Assembly: GCA_024704765.1 (NCBI GenBank)
Contig: JAKMXF010000365.1
Span: forward strand, 496,001 to 560,000
Origin: Oopsacas minuta
Taxonomy: Eukaryota > Animalia > Porifera
Direction of reading: 5' to 3'
DNA: 64,000 nt
Shown in pieces: positions 61,555-64,000 of this stretch. Within the stretch, counting starts at the first letter, position 1; each line of letters begins with the position of its first letter. The notes beneath the pieces were generated by a model, which was given only the letters and a program-made list of their open reading frames with translations, had not been told where the DNA came from and did not search any database. The translations under genes and the position numbers were made by a program.

Positions 61555-63510
61555 ATGAAGAATCTCACAATATATATTTATATATTATGCTTACTGTTTC
61601 TGCAATACAGCTACTGTACTGTAACTAAACAAAGAGGTAGGTGAGTGTTAGCTAATAGATTATATTTTCTATTTCATGAATAAGCGCATAGAGTAATAAA
61701 CAAATATTTATGTTGTGCACTTGTACTAGACTACAACAAGAGAGATTATATGAGAATCTTCAAATAAAAGCTCTCCCTCAGGAATACAGATATTTCGTGT
61801 TACTAAACTTCACTTCTCTCTACCCTCCTCCTCCTACAGAGCAACAATCTTGTCCTCTACACTACGGATTATTCCCTCGGTCTTTAGGAGAGATCCTAGA
61901 CAAACACAGTGTACAGGAGCTACATTTATCTCTCACTCAGAGTAACTGGAGATATGGTGTGTGGGGTGGAGGTATACCACGGACTATAGGACCAGTAGGA
62001 GCTCAGCTGGTAGCTTGGCTAGGTAAGAACAAAGAGTATGTCAGTCCAGGTGAGGGAAAATAATAACAATAATTTATATGAATAATATGCTAATACATAT
62101 TAAGATATATACAGGTGAAACTACTAACCAATGGAGAGATCTAGTACATTCATTGGGAGGAATGATGTGTTCCTCTCTCCACGAGATGAAAGAGATCAAT
62201 ACCGTCCTTCCTCTTTACACATTCTCTCCGTGGGGTCTACTTCCTAAAAACACCTCGCTCCTACAGGGTACCATACCTAGAGAGACTGTATGTACCAATA
62301 ACCTCACCCCTCTCGTTAAAATGCTCCCTTGTCCTAGTAAGGGTCTCTCCCAGTTGCTCCTTCCTAAGTCTCTATTCAACAACCTTTATCACTCTCTATC
62401 CGTACACCTGTACTATACAGAAGAAGAAGGAGAGCTAGCTATGAGGATAGAGTTATACTTCTCTCTTGTATTTAATACTAGGAAATGGGAACGAAAAGGA
62501 TTTTCTATATCAGATTTATTTGGTTCAGGAGTGACGTCATTGTGTCCTCTTGTAGTGAGAGAAGAGAGTAGAGTTAGAATCGATTTAAGTGAGCTAAAAG
62601 ACCCTCACCTCCTACAGGTTAAGAACAATAAATTCGTGTTTAGTTCATCTCCTCAGCGATCAACTCCCTTCTACAAACTGCTACATAACTCAACAGCTGT
62701 TAACCCTAAATTCAAGTGGACATCCCCACAGACAGAAAAAAATCTGTTCAATACACAACAAATATTGTTAATAAACAGGTTTGTTACATTTATATAATTA
62801 GATTAATGACTATAACTAATAACTATAAGCTATTATTATACAGATATACATACAGTAATGGACTAGAAGATGGACAAATTTGTAGTGAGATTAAGAACCT
62901 ATTCAACACTTCTCTTATGCTATCTCATCTCGAGACAGTTCCCTGGTACTTCAGAGTATATACACACACTATTAAGACACGGTTAATAACAGATACAGGT
63001 CAAATACTAACCACAGACTTACAAAACCATACTAGACTGTATAAGCTACAACTAGCTAGAGATAATGCACAGCCTCTTATGCTAGAAATGATACACGCTC
63101 TATCTCCTAATACAACACTACACATATGTACTTATTTTCAAAGAGCTGTGTTACATTGGAATAGTTACCCTCCTGATGCGCATCATGGTTTCTACGTACC
63201 TCCAATTGTACTCAGACCTGTCTCATTCTCGCGCGGAATTTCACACCTATTAAATTTAGAAGATTGGACTCCATTAGAGTATACAGAACTGATATATAGC
63301 CGTCCTCTTCTCATCTCACTAGCTACTCCTGATTTCAGTATGCCTTATAATGTGCTGTGTCTAGTCTGTACAGCTGTAGGGATTGGATTTGCTCTCATTT
63401 ACAGACTCAGTACTCAACCTGTTAAGATAGGGCTAGATACTGTTGATACTGGGGGAGAGGGAATTATTATGCGTATAATGAAATTATTTAGAAAAGTTAG
63501 AACTGATTGA
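61555..63510 (+). CDS. PIGT: GPI transamidase component PIG-T; 4 exons
   Basis: A signal-peptide exon from ATG 61555 (MKNLTIYIYILCLLFLQYSYC) is followed by HYGLFPRSLGEIL...ELHLSLTQSNWR, PRETVCTNNLTP..KMLPC, LETVPWYFRVYTHT, YPPDAHHGFYV and TPDFSMPYNV + TM. Confidence 0.93.
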
Positions 63511-64000
63511 GTTATTGCTGTATTAATTATATTAGATTGCAGAAATTTATATTCGCCTTATTCAATGCGGGTTTGTTAAATCGAATTTACGTGATTATAC
63601 AGAATAAATGGTACAATTTATGTAACACGCAAACCTTCTACTCCCTAAGGAAATGGGTATATCATATGATTAGCTAATGCATAGGCTATGGCTAATGATT
63701 TGCTTGGCATGACTTTTTACAATACATACATTATCCTGTTTACCTAATAATTGTGCTAATACAATGAAATGCATGGATTTGATGCTATTTAATCTTATTA
63801 TTACAAACATACAAATATGTATAATGGTTTATTAACGTGCTTTTAACTCATTATGTAATATATCTATCACTAAATAAAGGTGTATTATACAAGGCTATTA
63901 TATAAAGAAGTAAAATATATTATTATTGTTTCTGATGTTATACCTTGAACTACTAAAAATATTCGACCCCTATATCCCCATAGCATTCTTGCTCGTATCT

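Overview
Gene-dense, AT-rich eukaryotic (animal) nuclear DNA with very short GT-AG introns (often 45-70 nt), many intronless genes and intergenic gaps of 80-400 bp. Collagen, TSP1/PLAC, LASP1, LEM and CARD genes mark it as metazoan. The compactness and gene style suggest a sponge, possibly a hexactinellid (inference, not verified). I support about 29 protein-coding genes: an orphan membrane protein (partial), PEX2, UNG, CDKL, a LEM-BTB-ubiquitin-like protein, SPG7, DDX49, CDC42, an Ig-vWA-collagen, two AADAC-type esterases, LASP1, a CD36 receptor, an ADAMTSL-like protein, ANKRD13, BBS5, DONSON, an MFS transporter, two NHL propellers, FAM135, MRPS34, PIAS, POLR3G, DNAAF11/LRRC6, MINDY4, a CARD-only gene, MED18 and PIGT. 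There is also a weak DED-like candidate, Helitron-like elements and Tc1/pogo-type MITEs. Top observations: (1) a LEM-domain protein whose BTB domain is split by an inserted ubiquitin-like domain; (2) the 4.1-kb last intron of BBS5 holds three complete genes, and a FAM135 intron holds MRPS34; (3) most start codons sit a few bases behind an apparently unpaired splice acceptor, suggesting spliced-leader trans-splicing and operon-like processing; (4) two unrelated extracellular-matrix genes share a cysteine-free Ig-like N-terminal module with the same intron position; (5) tandem esterases are homogenised except at pocket-lining segments. All identifications are by-eye motif recognition, no database searches were run, and exon boundaries are manual.
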